From the NCBI RefSeq assembly GCF_000150275.1, contig NW_002060950.1, positions 316,679 through 380,678 of the forward strand: a stretch of DNA of 64,000 nt, written 5' to 3'. The notes beneath the pieces were generated by a model that was not told where the DNA came from, ran no database searches, and saw nothing but the letters and a program-made list of their open reading frames with translations. Shown here one piece after another: positions 51,257 through 64,000 of this stretch (position 1 is the stretch's first letter; the number at the start of each line of letters is the position of its first letter). The position numbers and the translations under genes are program-made. The stretch comes from Trichoplax adhaerens. Lineage: Eukaryota > Animalia > Placozoa.

Positions 51257-52615
51257 CTATTCAACTTCAGTAGAATCGCTAGGCGTGACGATTTTACCAT
51301 CTTCATAAACATAAAAGTTGTAATCCTTGGTATTTGTAATAATTTCGCGTAACTTTGCATCAATATTGTCTTCGGTAATAAAATTTTCACTTTCCACCTG
51401 CGAAATCCCAAAATATTATCAGGGTTATCGGAATTATTAGGGGTAAGGGCATTTAACACTGAGAAACGATATCGCATTTTGTGTATGTCTATTAAGTAGG
51501 GCATAACTTAAATCTATTCTTTGTAGCAGTGAAGATATTAAACTTATTTCTATATCTTCAACGTTCAACTGCTGTATTTTATAAATCTGATGCTATATTG
51601 AATATATTTTACAGAGTTCGGATTCACTCCGAAAAAGTTACACTTTGGCTTGTTGTTTAGTTATATGTCATAATTAATCCGCGTTGCACAATAATACCCG
51701 TACGACATTACAGACAACTACTAGATATCTTGCAAATTTAGAGCACTTAAAAGTTATATTCACTTATGCAAACCATAAAATTTTATTTTATTACCCTACA
51801 TACCATATTGTACCTTTTGTCAGATGCATTACTACATAATCTTAGCACATTTAAAGCATGCAAGCGTATTTACTGTACTGTATTTCCACATAATCATTCA
51901 TGACTTACCATTTGGTTGGATACAGCTTGTGTATATTTATTGAGGATCTTCTCTTCAGAAGCTTGTTGCTTGGCTGCACCAACTTCTCTTGATACAGCTG
52001 CTTTTTGTCTGATTTGTTTTTCTCTTATCTCTCTATACGTAGGATCGAGCACAGTAATAATTTAACTACTAAACAATACATAATGTAAATGCAAAGGATG
52101 ATCAACTAATAACGTATACATTTAAACGACCTAGTGATACAACAGTAGTACAGTACTGCAGCTACGAGTTTTGTATATTGTTTAAAAAGTATTACAGCAG
52201 TGTTGAACTCTCTAACGGTTAGCGAAGATTCGTATAAAGTAGAAGATGTAGTATTCACTGCTTACAATAAACTATTAGGAAGTATGCAAATGTACCTTCG
52301 TTTTGAAATTTTCTTATTACGCTCCTGAATGATCCGTTCAGTCACTACATCTTGCCGTTTTTCCTCTTCCTTGGTGTCTTCTTGACTAGAAAGTTGTGTT
52401 TGCATGTATCGCTGATGATGGTCGAAAAATTTCTTTCTAAGCACAGCCATTTCTTTTCTCCAACACATCAATTTACGTTCATATTCTTTCTTCTCCTTGG
52501 TTTCCATGCGTAAAGTCTCCGGTATAGCGGCCATACCACGATAATGTTGCCGTGTTACTATCATTTGGCAAGCAATTCGTGCACGTTGGAACATCATTAC
52601 TCGACCAGCTGCCAT
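51257..52615 (-). CDS. MRPS26: Mitochondrial ribosomal protein S26 (mS26)-like; exons approx. 52615-52296, 52032-51909, 51397-51257
   Basis: Arg-rich presequence, long charged helix, and C-terminal VESENFITEDNIDAKLREIITNTKDYNFYVYEDGKIV resembling the MRPS26 motif NFITxENLxxxIExAL...YNxAI..eG. Confidence 0.75.
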
Positions 52616-52679
52616 GTTTTCCGTGGTGATCTCGTGGAGGAGCTCCTCCTGTACGCTGGATAGAGATCTCTATGGCCCG

Positions 52680-52770
52680 ATACGGTACGGTACCGTAGAA
52701 AGCCGAGTGCACATTGTACTGTACCTTACAGTACTTAACATTGACATACAGTACTGTACACTGTACTGCA
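52680..52770. promoter_or_regulatory. GTAC/TACAG array upstream of MRPS26
   Basis: tacggtacggtaccgtag...gtactgtaccttacagtac...acagtactgtacactgtactg, 65-155 bp upstream of the minus-strand ATG. Confidence 0.5.
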
Positions 52771-54597
52771 AGTTGCGCATAATATATGTCGCATATAATC
52801 TTGGTACTAAACTATGAATAAATCTTACTAATACGACATCTATTTTACACACAGCTGACGAATAAGTAGCGCACGACTACCCAATATTTCAAAACGCTAT
52901 TAATGCCGAAAGTTAGAAACTTAGAAAGTTAGAAGAAACTTAAAATAAATAAAATGGATTAGGCTCAGCTCTATTGGATACTTGAACCACAGTAGTCTAT
53001 CTACTCAACTTACTGGTCTACCGTATCCTGCTAGCTGTGCGCTGTGCAGCAGTCGCTGACGGTAGCATGTCGTTATGGTGCTGATGGCTAAATCTGCAGA
53101 TACCTGCTCATACTAAGATTTCGATGCCACCTTTACGTTGGCTAAAGTAATATTGACGATTCTTTAGTCTATGTCATTGAATAGAAGGCAAATCAATCAA
53201 TACTAATACAGAAGTACTGGATGTATTATTAGTTACAGTGTGAGCCATACTCATACATTGCTCGTATTCCGTAATTAGGATAGCTCAGCTAACGTTTCTG
53301 TCAGTCAATGCCCTAATTACTGAAAGTCTTGCGAGGTCATTACAAACTACGAGAAATGACCGCCAACATTTGATATACGCGTATGCAGCCTGAAAATAGT
53401 CATTAAATGAAAGCAGAGACTACTAAAACGAACGTGAAAGTTTCCCTTTTTACTGCACAGTACTGCAGAGTCGTAATGCATTGCCTGTAAATTTTACGTT
53501 ATCGTCAATTGTATCCAGTTGAATAAAATTTTAAAAATTATAGTATTACATCGAATCGAATCGATACTTATACTTCAAACATTGAGTGTTGTAAATGGCA
53601 TTAGCACGCAACATTACTCCTATACTATACATTGTACAGTATCTGGTAGACTAAATCATAAATAGCTCAGGGTATCGGTAATGTGTTATTGTTTTCAACA
53701 GTTAATGGAAAAAGTTTTTCTTTTTAGTAAAGAATTAGCAATACGTAAAGTGAAGACCTTACGATCTACAGTAATTGGATATTATAATTACATCATTTAG
53801 TCGGCCTATAGGATAAAATTGATTAAAATTCGCGACTCCGGGTATTTTTTATTCCATTAATAGTAATACTTAAGATATTCGTTATGCTTATGACAGGACA
53901 ATTGATAGACGCTAATTATAATTATCAATCGAGCAAGTCAGTGTCGTATTTTAGCATTACGCATATCTGTGTATAGTATACATCTATATCGATTTATATT
54001 TTAGTGATATAGACATAGAATTTATACTGTACGTTTTACAGGAGAATTCGTAATTACAAGATTACAAAAGGTGCAATAGGAATACTGTAAATATATCATC
54101 AGTAATTGAATTTTATTTCTATTTGGTGCGTCTTGCATATTGTCGGCATGTAGACATAAATAAAATTTTACTGGCTGTTATAAAATTCATAGTAGAAAAA
54201 TTGCGTTATCTCCATCTAATGAAAGATAGTTAACCGAGATAAAGTGCCTTCTATACGCGTAATTGGCGTATTTTAGACTTTGTAGAATTAAAATAAAAGA
54301 ATTTGTATTGGATAGATTAGGATTAATTAAACAGATTTGATTAAGAAAATAGATTTCAGGTATTTTTATACATTATATCTTGTTTCGATTCAGATATAAG
54401 AATAACTTTAATTTATAGAGCTTGATAGATATTTAGCACCGCAATATACAATGTAAATCATTGTATTGATCACGATGCTTTAAGATCGCATAACTATCAA
54501 ACAATACAAGTCGTAAATTGCTGCTAGTATTAAATCTTATATCGCTTCTTAATTTCGCAAATAAACATAATTGCTAGCTGTACATTACATGTGTATA

Positions 54598-57500
54598 TTA
54601 TTTTACTGCATGGTCTCGTGTTGTAATAAATAGATTTAGTACAGTAAAATTAAGACACAACCGCTCTCTTTTGGGCTTTTGTGACTGAAAATTGTTGATC
54701 CGGTAAAGGAATTGTTTTATTTAGTGAGTAGTTATGAGTTGGCGTACCAGATAACGGTTCCAACTTGCCATTAGGTGAATTAGATCGAGAATCCTTCTTG
54801 GCACTGTTTCTGATGTTAGATTGCTTTTTCTGATAATGAAAAAAAGATCGTTTATGAATTTTTCATCTAATTATGGATGCAAAATTACATTTCACTTCAG
54901 TGATAGAGTTATTATCTGATCTAAAGTTACCTTTGTAGATATCAATGGATTTATTACACCAACATTTGGCGATCTGCTAAACATTTTGTTGTAATTTTCT
55001 TCCCTATTAATAAGCTCCAGTTGATAGAATCGTTTCTCATCCTGTTTTAATATTTCATTCAAAATTCATTATACTCTAGATAAACTTTGTCTTCTGTAGT
55101 ATCGACATTAGAAATTTTTAATACTCACCACTAATTTTTTGATTTCGGAATCTTTAAGTCCTAGAATCTCTTTCAGTTCTGCAATTTGTTTAACATCCTC
55201 TTCACGAGGTTCTCTATTTGCATATCTTCTTTCAGATTCTTGTAGCCTACATAATATGTATATGTATTATATCAGTAACAAGTATCGTTTGACATTTTTG
55301 CGCTATATTTTTCTCATCATTTCTAAAATATCAAATGTATTTATTCTATATCAGTAGTTAATGAGGATGCACCGTATACAATAGGACAATTATTTATGAC
55401 TTACATCTCATATAATCCGGCTATTTTTTGATGTAAAAATTCTTTAGTCTGGCTAAATTCCCCTAACATCTTTTGCTTATCTCGCATATGTTCAGCCGCT
55501 AATGAATCCATTTCAGCTTGATGGGCAACTCCTAACTGTTCTTCTTGCCGTCTATATATCGATTGTAAAAATGAATTGTTTTAACTATAGATATTAAGTA
55601 TCACCATATCGACCAAGTTTATTGTCTACCAAGTAATAATTAACCACCTTAATTGAAAGCTTGCGTCCTTCTTAATTTCCTCCATTTCAGTATCTTTAGC
55701 TTTAGATTGCGAATCTAAAGAGTCAACTTTCCTATTAATTTCAGCGATCTGTTTTTGCAGGTCGCCTATTTGAATCTCACGCTGATCAATCTTAAAATTT
55801 AATTCATAGACCAAGTTGTCATGGTCTTGATTCTGTAAAATTAATTCATAAAGACAGAACGATTTTATGTTTAGTAATTCATAGTAGGTAGTTGTTAATA
55901 AAAAATTTTGAAAGGTAACTAACAGTGAGTTTAATTTCAATCTTATAAGCAATGAATAAATTCTATTTTACCTCTCGTTTTCTTAATTCCATCGCACGCT
56001 GAAGTTCCAATCGGGAAGCTTGTAACTGTGCTGCATGCTGCTTATTTAGTTTATTAAGTTCTTCCATATGCTGATGAGATAAATCCTCTCTTAAAGAGTC
56101 TAATTATAAAAAAAGATCAGTTATAATCAAGCAATTTATAAGGAAATGTACTAAATAGAAATATATATTACCCTGTGATCGTTGATGAACTAATTGAAGT
56201 TCTTTAATATCGGCAATACGCCGTCTTTCTGCTTGCTCCCTGATGGCTTCAATGGCTAATTGGCTAGCTTTTAGCTGTTCACTAACCTCATTTTGTGTTT
56301 CAACTTTCGTCTTTTCTTCTGTTACCTGTAATAATAGTATTCATTAGAGAGATAAAGTAGTAGCGTAATCTATGCTTAAAACTATTTTTCTCCATAAAAG
56401 TGGCGGTTATATTGATTAAGAAGTAATAAGGTTAAGATCATTTCCCAATAACTTGCCTTTAACTCATAATTATGCTTTTCATTAATATCACGTATTTCTT
56501 CCTCATACTCCTTTTTGATGGCATTAATTCGTTGTTTTACGTCATTTGTTGTCATATCAATTTGCTTCTTCATGGCGCTAATTTTTTCTTCCGTCTCTTG
56601 AATAATTTCTTTTTCTCTCTCTTTTGCTTCTTTTGACGAAGTATCTAATGTTTGCTGTAAATCTAATACTTTAGATTGCAGTTCTTTAACTTGAAAGTTA
56701 GCTTGAAATTTAACTTCAGCAATCTCTTCATCTTTAATAGTTGTTAACTTGTGTAATGCTTCTTGTTGATCTTTTAAGTGAGTCTCCTCTAATTGAGCTC
56801 GTAGCTTTAGATTTTCATTTCTATTTCACGTAATAAAATGCAATATAGTATGGATTTATATTTGGTTTGTTGCTGATAAAGAAATTACATTATATAAATT
56901 CAATTTCCTAATTTAAAAATAGAGTCAATTATCTATTTGTAATCACAATGCTATCAGTTACTAATATGTTGCACAAACAGACCAAATGTATACTTATTTA
57001 CGTACTTAAGTCGTTCGGACCAGAATGAAAGCATATCTTTGGAAACATCATCAAGTTTCTTTCTATGATTTTCTTCAGTAATTCTGATGCGACTTTCAAA
57101 ATCATTTTTAATGACATTAATTTCATTCTGAAATAGTTCATATAATAGCTTTTGGTAAGTATCCTTACAAAAAATGAGTATCTACTCCTTACAAATTAAA
57201 AACTAATCATTTGTACCGATAGCGAAGACAGCTGTCGTTGCGATGTTTCTAATTCAGCAGATTTATTTGCAACAATGCCCTCATATTCGGTTACTTTCGA
57301 TTTCAACGATTTGATCTGTGTAGTTTTAGAAGTCAGTTCCTCGGAAGAATTATGTACAAAGTTATTTAATCTTTTTAATTCGGTTCTGTCAGCATCAATA
57401 GCTCTATTTAATTCCGAAATGCTAGACTTCAAATGGTTAACCACTTCTTCGTGATTTGTTATAATCTGGCTACGGTCTTGGTCATAAATTCTATCTAATT

Positions 57501-59381
57501 GATGCTTTTGCTAAGGATAGATAAAATTGAACACATATATATTAAGAGTAGAAATAAAATAGCAAGCTGCATTATTCTTTAATCGATTTCTTAAATCTCA
57601 GTAAAAACCTTTCACATACCTCCTCTAATTTATTCTTTGCATCTTTTATTAAATTATCAATTTCCAATTTGTGTTCTCTCTTTCTTAATTCCAGTTGTTG
57701 TGTAAATTCTGCCTGAATCTGCATTTGCCTATCGGCTGCTTTCGAAGCGGCTAATTCTTTCTCCTTCTCGAAAATACTTCTCATTTCAGCTCTTTCAGCG
57801 GAGAGTTTTTCAATTTCGTTTTGTAATACCTTTATTCTTTTATTTTTAAGCTCTGATTCAACTTTATATCTTGATACCACGTCTGTCTTTTCGCTGTTGT
57901 ATAACTTCATTTGTTCCATAGCAGTAGTAACAGTAACGTTCATCTCATTTACTTTACTCTCTAGCTGACGGTTGATTTCAGATAACTTCAATAATTCAGC
58001 TAATGAAAAAGAGGAATCAATTAGAATCAGAACAGATGTCAGTATATCTAGACAATGTTAAAAATACACCGGCCACAGGTATTAGGTTATTTTTAATTCG
58101 GAAATGAAATTTAGGCTACTATTAGATTAGATGCTTTTTAATAAACAGATATATTATTAAACTCTCAATTGAGTAGAAAGATTGGGTAATGATTTATGAA
58201 TAGTATTTCTGTTATGCTACATATAATTTACAATTAACTTATGCGTTTAGTGATTCTAACGATATAAAGTCTTCAAGTAAGATTTTAGGCCCGATATCAG
58301 TATATAAAGTATATAGCATATTTATGGTTTAAGACTTACCATCTTTCTTAAGCAGCAAATTTTCATGTTCATCACCTCTTTCATTAGCAATCGATAGTGC
58401 TGTTTCCATTTCATTAATTCTATAAGCTGCCTTTGCTATTTCGACTTGAGCATCACCCAGTTGCTTTTCGATACCATATGTAACGCTATTGCTTGATTCC
58501 TTTTCAAATTGAATTTTCTGTAGCTGATCTTGTAAAATATGAATATATTCTTCCTTAGCGACGAAATCTGTCTTCATTTCATTAATAACTTTTTCATGTT
58601 CTGTTTCCTTTTCACTTAATGAACGGTTTGTATCTTCAATTTTTTTCTTTAATTGATCGATATAATCTTGATGACTGTTTGCTTCAGTATTCTTGATCAT
58701 ATGAAGTTCTGCTTGATGATCTTGCTTCAGCTGTTCAATCTCCTTCTCATAAGTTGATTTTAAGGTAACAATTTCTTCATCCAATTTGGCAGCTTTTTCA
58801 TTTAAAGCTAATTTTATTGCTTCAACTTCTCGACTATGATTTTCTTTAAGTGAATCAGCAACCGACTCAAGGTTATTTATCGATGCTTGTTTAATTTCTT
58901 TAAGATGACTTACGGTTTTATCTCGATCGTCAGTTACATCTTGAAGCTGATTTTCAATTTCTTTCAGTTTTGATTCGTAATCATTTTTTAGTATTTTGTT
59001 CTCTTCTAAGTTAGTTAATTTAATTTGCTCTATTTCATCTTGTAAGCCTTTTTTAATTGTTTGAGATTCTTTTAGAGTACCTTTAATCTTATCGTAACGA
59101 TCCTGTAAATCTAAAGCTGTCTCTAGCTTTATTTTATATTGGAGCAGTTTATTCTCTGTTTCAGTAACCATTTGCTTGATTTCTTCTTCATAGCCTTCTT
59201 GTAAGCTTTGTAATGCTACCTCATGGTCGTCCAGCTTAGTATTTAGAGCATAAATAACTTTGGTTAATTGAGCGATTTTCTTGCACATCTTGACAGCGAT
59301 CTCATTAGGAGCATCCATCGGACTTCCAGTTGCGCTCTTGGTACTGGATTTACCAGCACTGTTATAAACTCGAGTTCCCAT
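54598..59381 (-). CDS. FAM184A: FAM184A/B-like long coiled-coil protein, multi-exon; 3' end uncertain
   Basis: N-terminal KMCKKIAQLTKVIYALNTK and C-terminal RYANREPREED...KRFYQLELINREENYNKMF motifs of FAM184; heptad-rich exons in between. Confidence 0.85.
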
Positions 59382-60607
59382 TTCTTTTTCAGTTAAAGTT
59401 GTATAATAAATTGAAGTTAATTTGTATTACATAGCCACAACTAAATCAACGAATCCCAATAGAAACTACTAGGTTGTTGTAAGTAGAGAGTGTAGAGTCT
59501 GTCGACGCGTGTCAACTTTATCAATCGGAAAGCTTAGCTCACGATTAAATATTCTTTCTTTGGATTATTGCGATGATAATGAACGTGTATTATAAATAAA
59601 TGTGGTAGTTTTATAATTGTACGATTTCCAGTTGTTGCATCAATATTTGATCGATTTGCCTACAATTCTATCTTACCGTTTATCGTCGATTACACACTTA
59701 CTCGTCCATCAAAAGTTTCTATCATATTACCAGTATTTCTGTGCGCATAGGGAGGTATTACTCTAATCGGGTTTGATTCGCATGAGCTGCGTTAGTAGTT
59801 GTTTAAGTAGATATTATGCATATTATTATTATTTATTTGTTATTGAGTAATTAATGACTATGTTACTACAGCCCCATGCTAGAGCACTGTTTCTATATAC
59901 AAATTACAACGAACTTTAGAGGTAAACCACAGCAGGAGCTGTTTTGTTTTTCCCGTTGCCATAGTAAAGAGTACATCTGCGTACTTGGTGTCTGACATTC
60001 AATCCATTTCCGTTCGATGTCCGGTCTCTAGTCTCAGTTTGTATTACGCTATTGGATTAGTATTATGTGCTTATTCATCTCTATTTTAATGCTTTTCCCT
60101 TGATTTTATGTTATTTCTTACTTTATTATTAAGTCAGCCATAATCTCAGAAAATAATGAAAAAAAATTATTTTAAATGCGGGCTACCGTTCCCGTTCATA
60201 TCTGAGAAGTATGATCAGTATACAGTATAAATATCGCCATACTGGATACTGTATGACAGAATAGCACTACTACAGTAATCGTGAATAAGATACTGTTTTA
60301 TACTTTACTCTCTACATATAAAAAAAGAAAATTAAAATCATCTTTCGCATCATTATAGCACTACACAGTGATCCAAGAATCAAAAAATATGCCGAGTAAA
60401 CCCTTCCTTAATATGGATGAACAGTCATAAATTTCTCTTACTTGAAGACTGTACTGTGTCTAGTACACCACTACATAATGATACAATACTAGACAAGAGG
60501 ACTGCTGACTGGTAGTCAGTGTCGGCGGACTGGTGCATTCTTAAGTACTTACGCATGCGTGGTATGATCCATTTTTCATGAACAAGCGTAAATAGCGTCA
60601 ATTCAAT

Positions 60608-63600
60608 ATGGCGACGGACGCCAAACATACTGGGCTTTCAAGCTATAAAAAGGCATTTACATTATCCAGAAAGGTACCTATAAATTTTTAAGTTGATTTG
60701 TTGTCTATTTTACCTAGTTGAAATATGGAAAATCAATGACATTGAACTAAAAGCGTCTCCTTCATAGTAAAGTCATTAATTGAGGCGTTAATCAACTGAT
60801 GATAACAAGGAATAATGAACTCTTGTATGCTATTGTCGCACTATACGAGATAGTGTTGAGGTTAACCTTAGTCAATCGATTGCTAATAACTCAATGTATT
60901 TGCCATGCAATTCGACATCGGCGCATTTACTTACACATATGCAAATAATATAATATTAATGGCAGCTTTATCTCCAGTATTGAAATAGATATGGTATGTA
61001 CATTCTAGTTCTAAAGGTACTCGAAACAATTTAGTCTTTCCTTGCACGCATCGTGCATGAACATTACCCACAGACATTGGCCGATTTTTGCAATACCGTG
61101 CAATAGTAACCCTATACCTTAGGATTTATATTATTTTTTTAAAATACAGATAAGTTATATTATTAGATCAGTGTCTTTGTAACCCTATCCTTTATTCATG
61201 TATAATCCCATGATGACTCGTTTTATTATCTTATCGCTTATTATGAATATAATAAAAATAATCAATCGATAGACGTACTTGTCGATCATCACGGGCAATC
61301 GCAAATATTTTCTTTTACTCATATTATCATAGGCATACGCTGAACGATATATAAGTTTGCAGATCTCTTCATACTACCCCACCTGTAGTTTCCATTAAAT
61401 AAACATCGATCTGAATGTTGTTGTTTTAGTAACAATTTTTTTGGATGTCATGGTAGTACTATCATTGTTAATCTAACCATTTTTAGTATTTCTTGATATC
61501 AATAAACTCCAAAATTTGTTGTTTCCTTTTTCTATCACCTTTCATTGATGCCTTCGCTCTATTCTTCGTTTCAGTGCTCTTATAGCCATTACGTGTAATA
61601 GGTATATACTACTTTATGTGGTATTGCACGCAAAGATAAGTGTATGATATACGCTTATATGTTAGATGTATTGTAATTTTACTTTCGTTGAGGGGCTAAT
61701 TTGCAGTTACTTTGGTGTAAAATTTAATATTTGAGTTTACGCGTTGTCGAGCGTCGATAAAATAATGTTATGCAATCGATCGCTTGATATGTAGTATTAT
61801 CCATTCACTCTACATCGATGCATTATGTGTAAATGCTAACTGGACGGATTACTAGCCTTTCTACTCTTTTATAATATTATTATTCCTTTATATTCCTAGT
61901 CTAACAAATTTATACCTGATCAAAGAGTATTGGCACCATTCGATGGTAAAGTGATCGTATTGTTTGGCCCACTATTAGTAGTACGAGACCTCATCTACAA
62001 TATGGTTCAACAGCAGCCTGTTCTATTTACTGACATTATCTCACGTAAGATATCATTACACAATCGCCGTTATATATCTATCAATATATAAATAATAATG
62101 TAATGACAATATATAGTTTTGCCCATATTTTATGAAATCTTTCACTCCTACACTATGTTATCTAAAAACGATATTATACGAACACCATAGTTTTGCATGC
62201 GTATGATTAAGAGCCAATACTATATAACGAAAATCTAAGTCTACTAAAAAGATAATACCTTACTTAGAATAAACACAGGAGGGTCTATAAACGCAATAAA
62301 TTATTTGTTTACTTGGTAGATATAACTACAACACTACTGTAAATTTTAAGAAAATCCATGAGATCAACAAATTTCATCGTAGCAATAGTTCATACATTTT
62401 ATTTATACTATTCAATTCCGACTTTCGCTGCTACAATATAATTGCGTGTTCTCCGTATTGATCACCAGTCTATTCTTTATTTGCTGTTTAATGCTATCAT
62501 GCTGCATTGTGGTACTTATTGTAAATGCAAGTTTTATAGGACATTGCTATTCATATGGCGTTCCTTCGCATTGTTAATCAAAGCACTGATGCTATAGTAC
62601 TTTAGTTTTTTGATCCAGCTGCAGCGAAAGACAACACAAGTTGAAAACAATTAATAAATAAAATTGACAAACTCAATCCCTGGTCAAATCATTGAATATT
62701 AACGCGAATGTATTGTTGAATAATAATACGGTTACTCTGTAGATACAACTAGGCCACCAAACCCCGACGAAATTGATGGATTGGATTACTTCTTCGTCAA
62801 ACGTGAAGATATGAGTATCGATGCACGAAATGGAGAATTTATCGAAATACATTTCTTAGGAGATGGCAACGATATGATTGGTATTTCTTATACTGCTTTT
62901 GAATATGCTACCAAGACTGGAGCCGAGAATATACTTGTATCTACTGATGTTGAAGGTATGTTCAAGTATATTACTACATGTATAATTCAATATTGGCATC
63001 TATTGAAATTCTATTCTTTAGAACTGTTATATTAACCTAGAAGGGACATTTTACAATAAATTTAGGAAATGAGCTGGTAAATCATTTTTCATTTTTTAAA
63101 TGTATTTATTTTACTTATCCGCTACGTAAGGTATGAAAGGCTTGCATAGCGCTGGATTTGAGGCTTACTACATCCATATTACGGTTAGAATTGATCTTTA
63201 TCACCATTATAACTCTTTGTCTGCTATTTCAATTGTATTATTTTTTAGTTTTATTGTCCATATTTGCAGATGTTTACCTTCTTGCTATTGATTTCTTAAT
63301 TTCGTTGCTACATAAGCGACTGTTATATTGAAGTGAATTTCAATTGTCTACCAAGTTATCAATTAAATTGACGACAATTATTGCATTTGACTATTAAAAA
63401 CTTAGGACGGGAGCGATTACGACGATATACCTGATAGTTATTATGCCAAAAGACTTGCAATTGAACCAAACTTATACAACGAAGTTTTACAACTTGCGAT
63501 GGAAGGTAGATGAAATGATAAAGTTGATAACTTTCGAGACAATATCTGTTTCTATCCTAAATATTGATGATATAAAATTTTTAATCGAATGTATTAGTTT

Positions 63601-63962
63601 TCTTTTCATACTGTGTAACTTGCATAATTACTACCCTAGTTTCGGAATCAGAAAATGCAAACGGTGAACTTCCGTTAGCCCAAGCAATCTCGGAATGGGA
63701 TGCCGTAACAGAGGCTCAATCCGGTAACAATGGTGAAGGTGCGTTAAAGTTAGATATACAATTTCGTAATGTTACCTTTACTTTTGATGTATTTACATTG
63801 TTCGACTTGTTATCGATCACGATTTCGCTTCGTAAAATTAGTTAATTACACTACTTTATACGATTTATATTAGAACTAGCAAGAACTCAAAATCAAGCTC
63901 TATTAATGTCGTTCGAAGACGCTCTCAATTTTGCTAAACAACAGAATCTAGAAATATATGCA
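60608..63962 (+). CDS. Guanylate-kinase-like domain followed by an ELMOD3-like N-terminal segment; continues beyond the window. Exons 60608-60673, 61900-62044, 62743-62955, 63131-63183, 63406-63505, 63640-63738, 63874-63962
   Basis: All seven exons splice in phase with GT-AG. GK motifs: VIVLFGP, ISHTTRPPNPDEIDGLDYFFV, GEFIE, DVEG. Downstream LAQAISEWDAV...LMSFEDALNFAKQQNL resembles the ELMOD3 pre-ELMO segment as recalled (AQEEWEAV...ISFSEALQHF). Confidence 0.75.
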
Positions 63963-64000
63963 GTGAGTACTTAGAATTTATATTTATTGATTTTAATAAC

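Noticed and set aside
53270-53360. tagctcagct tRNA A-box-like sequence
   Set aside because: No B-box/T-loop (GTTCRA) or cloverleaf.
57154-57168. GTAAGTATCCTT U12-donor-like sequence
   Set aside because: It is on the strand antisense to the FAM184-like gene, with no plus-strand gene context.

Overview
AT-rich, intron-dense eukaryotic (animal) genomic DNA with many short introns. The gene density and style suggest a placozoan such as Trichoplax, which is an inference only. Manual splicing recovers 13 protein-coding genes in this order: POLL (5'-truncated, +), ZRANB1/TRABID (-), CHMP3 (+), MRPS18C (+), ABRAXAS/FAM175 (-), ES1/GATD3 copy A (+), a membrane M1 peptidase (-), ES1/GATD3 copy B (+), RAB24 (-), ALG12 (+), MRPS26 (-), FAM184-like (-), and a 3'-truncated gene (+) joining a degenerate guanylate-kinase domain to an ELMOD3-like segment. 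Main points of interest: (1) the M1 peptidase carries both residues associated with pyroglutamyl-peptidase II (TRH-DE) specificity; (2) the GK-like/ELMOD3-like fusion; (3) two ES1 paralogues in which a U12 AT-AC intron corresponds to a GT-AG intron and the mitochondrial presequence is present in only one copy; (4) a ZRANB1-MRPS18C-ABRAXAS neighbourhood that matches gene neighbours split across human paralogous regions; (5) a TACAG/CTGTA array that marks promoters. Gene identities rest on recalled family motifs, not database searches. Exon boundaries were read by eye and may be off by a few nt.
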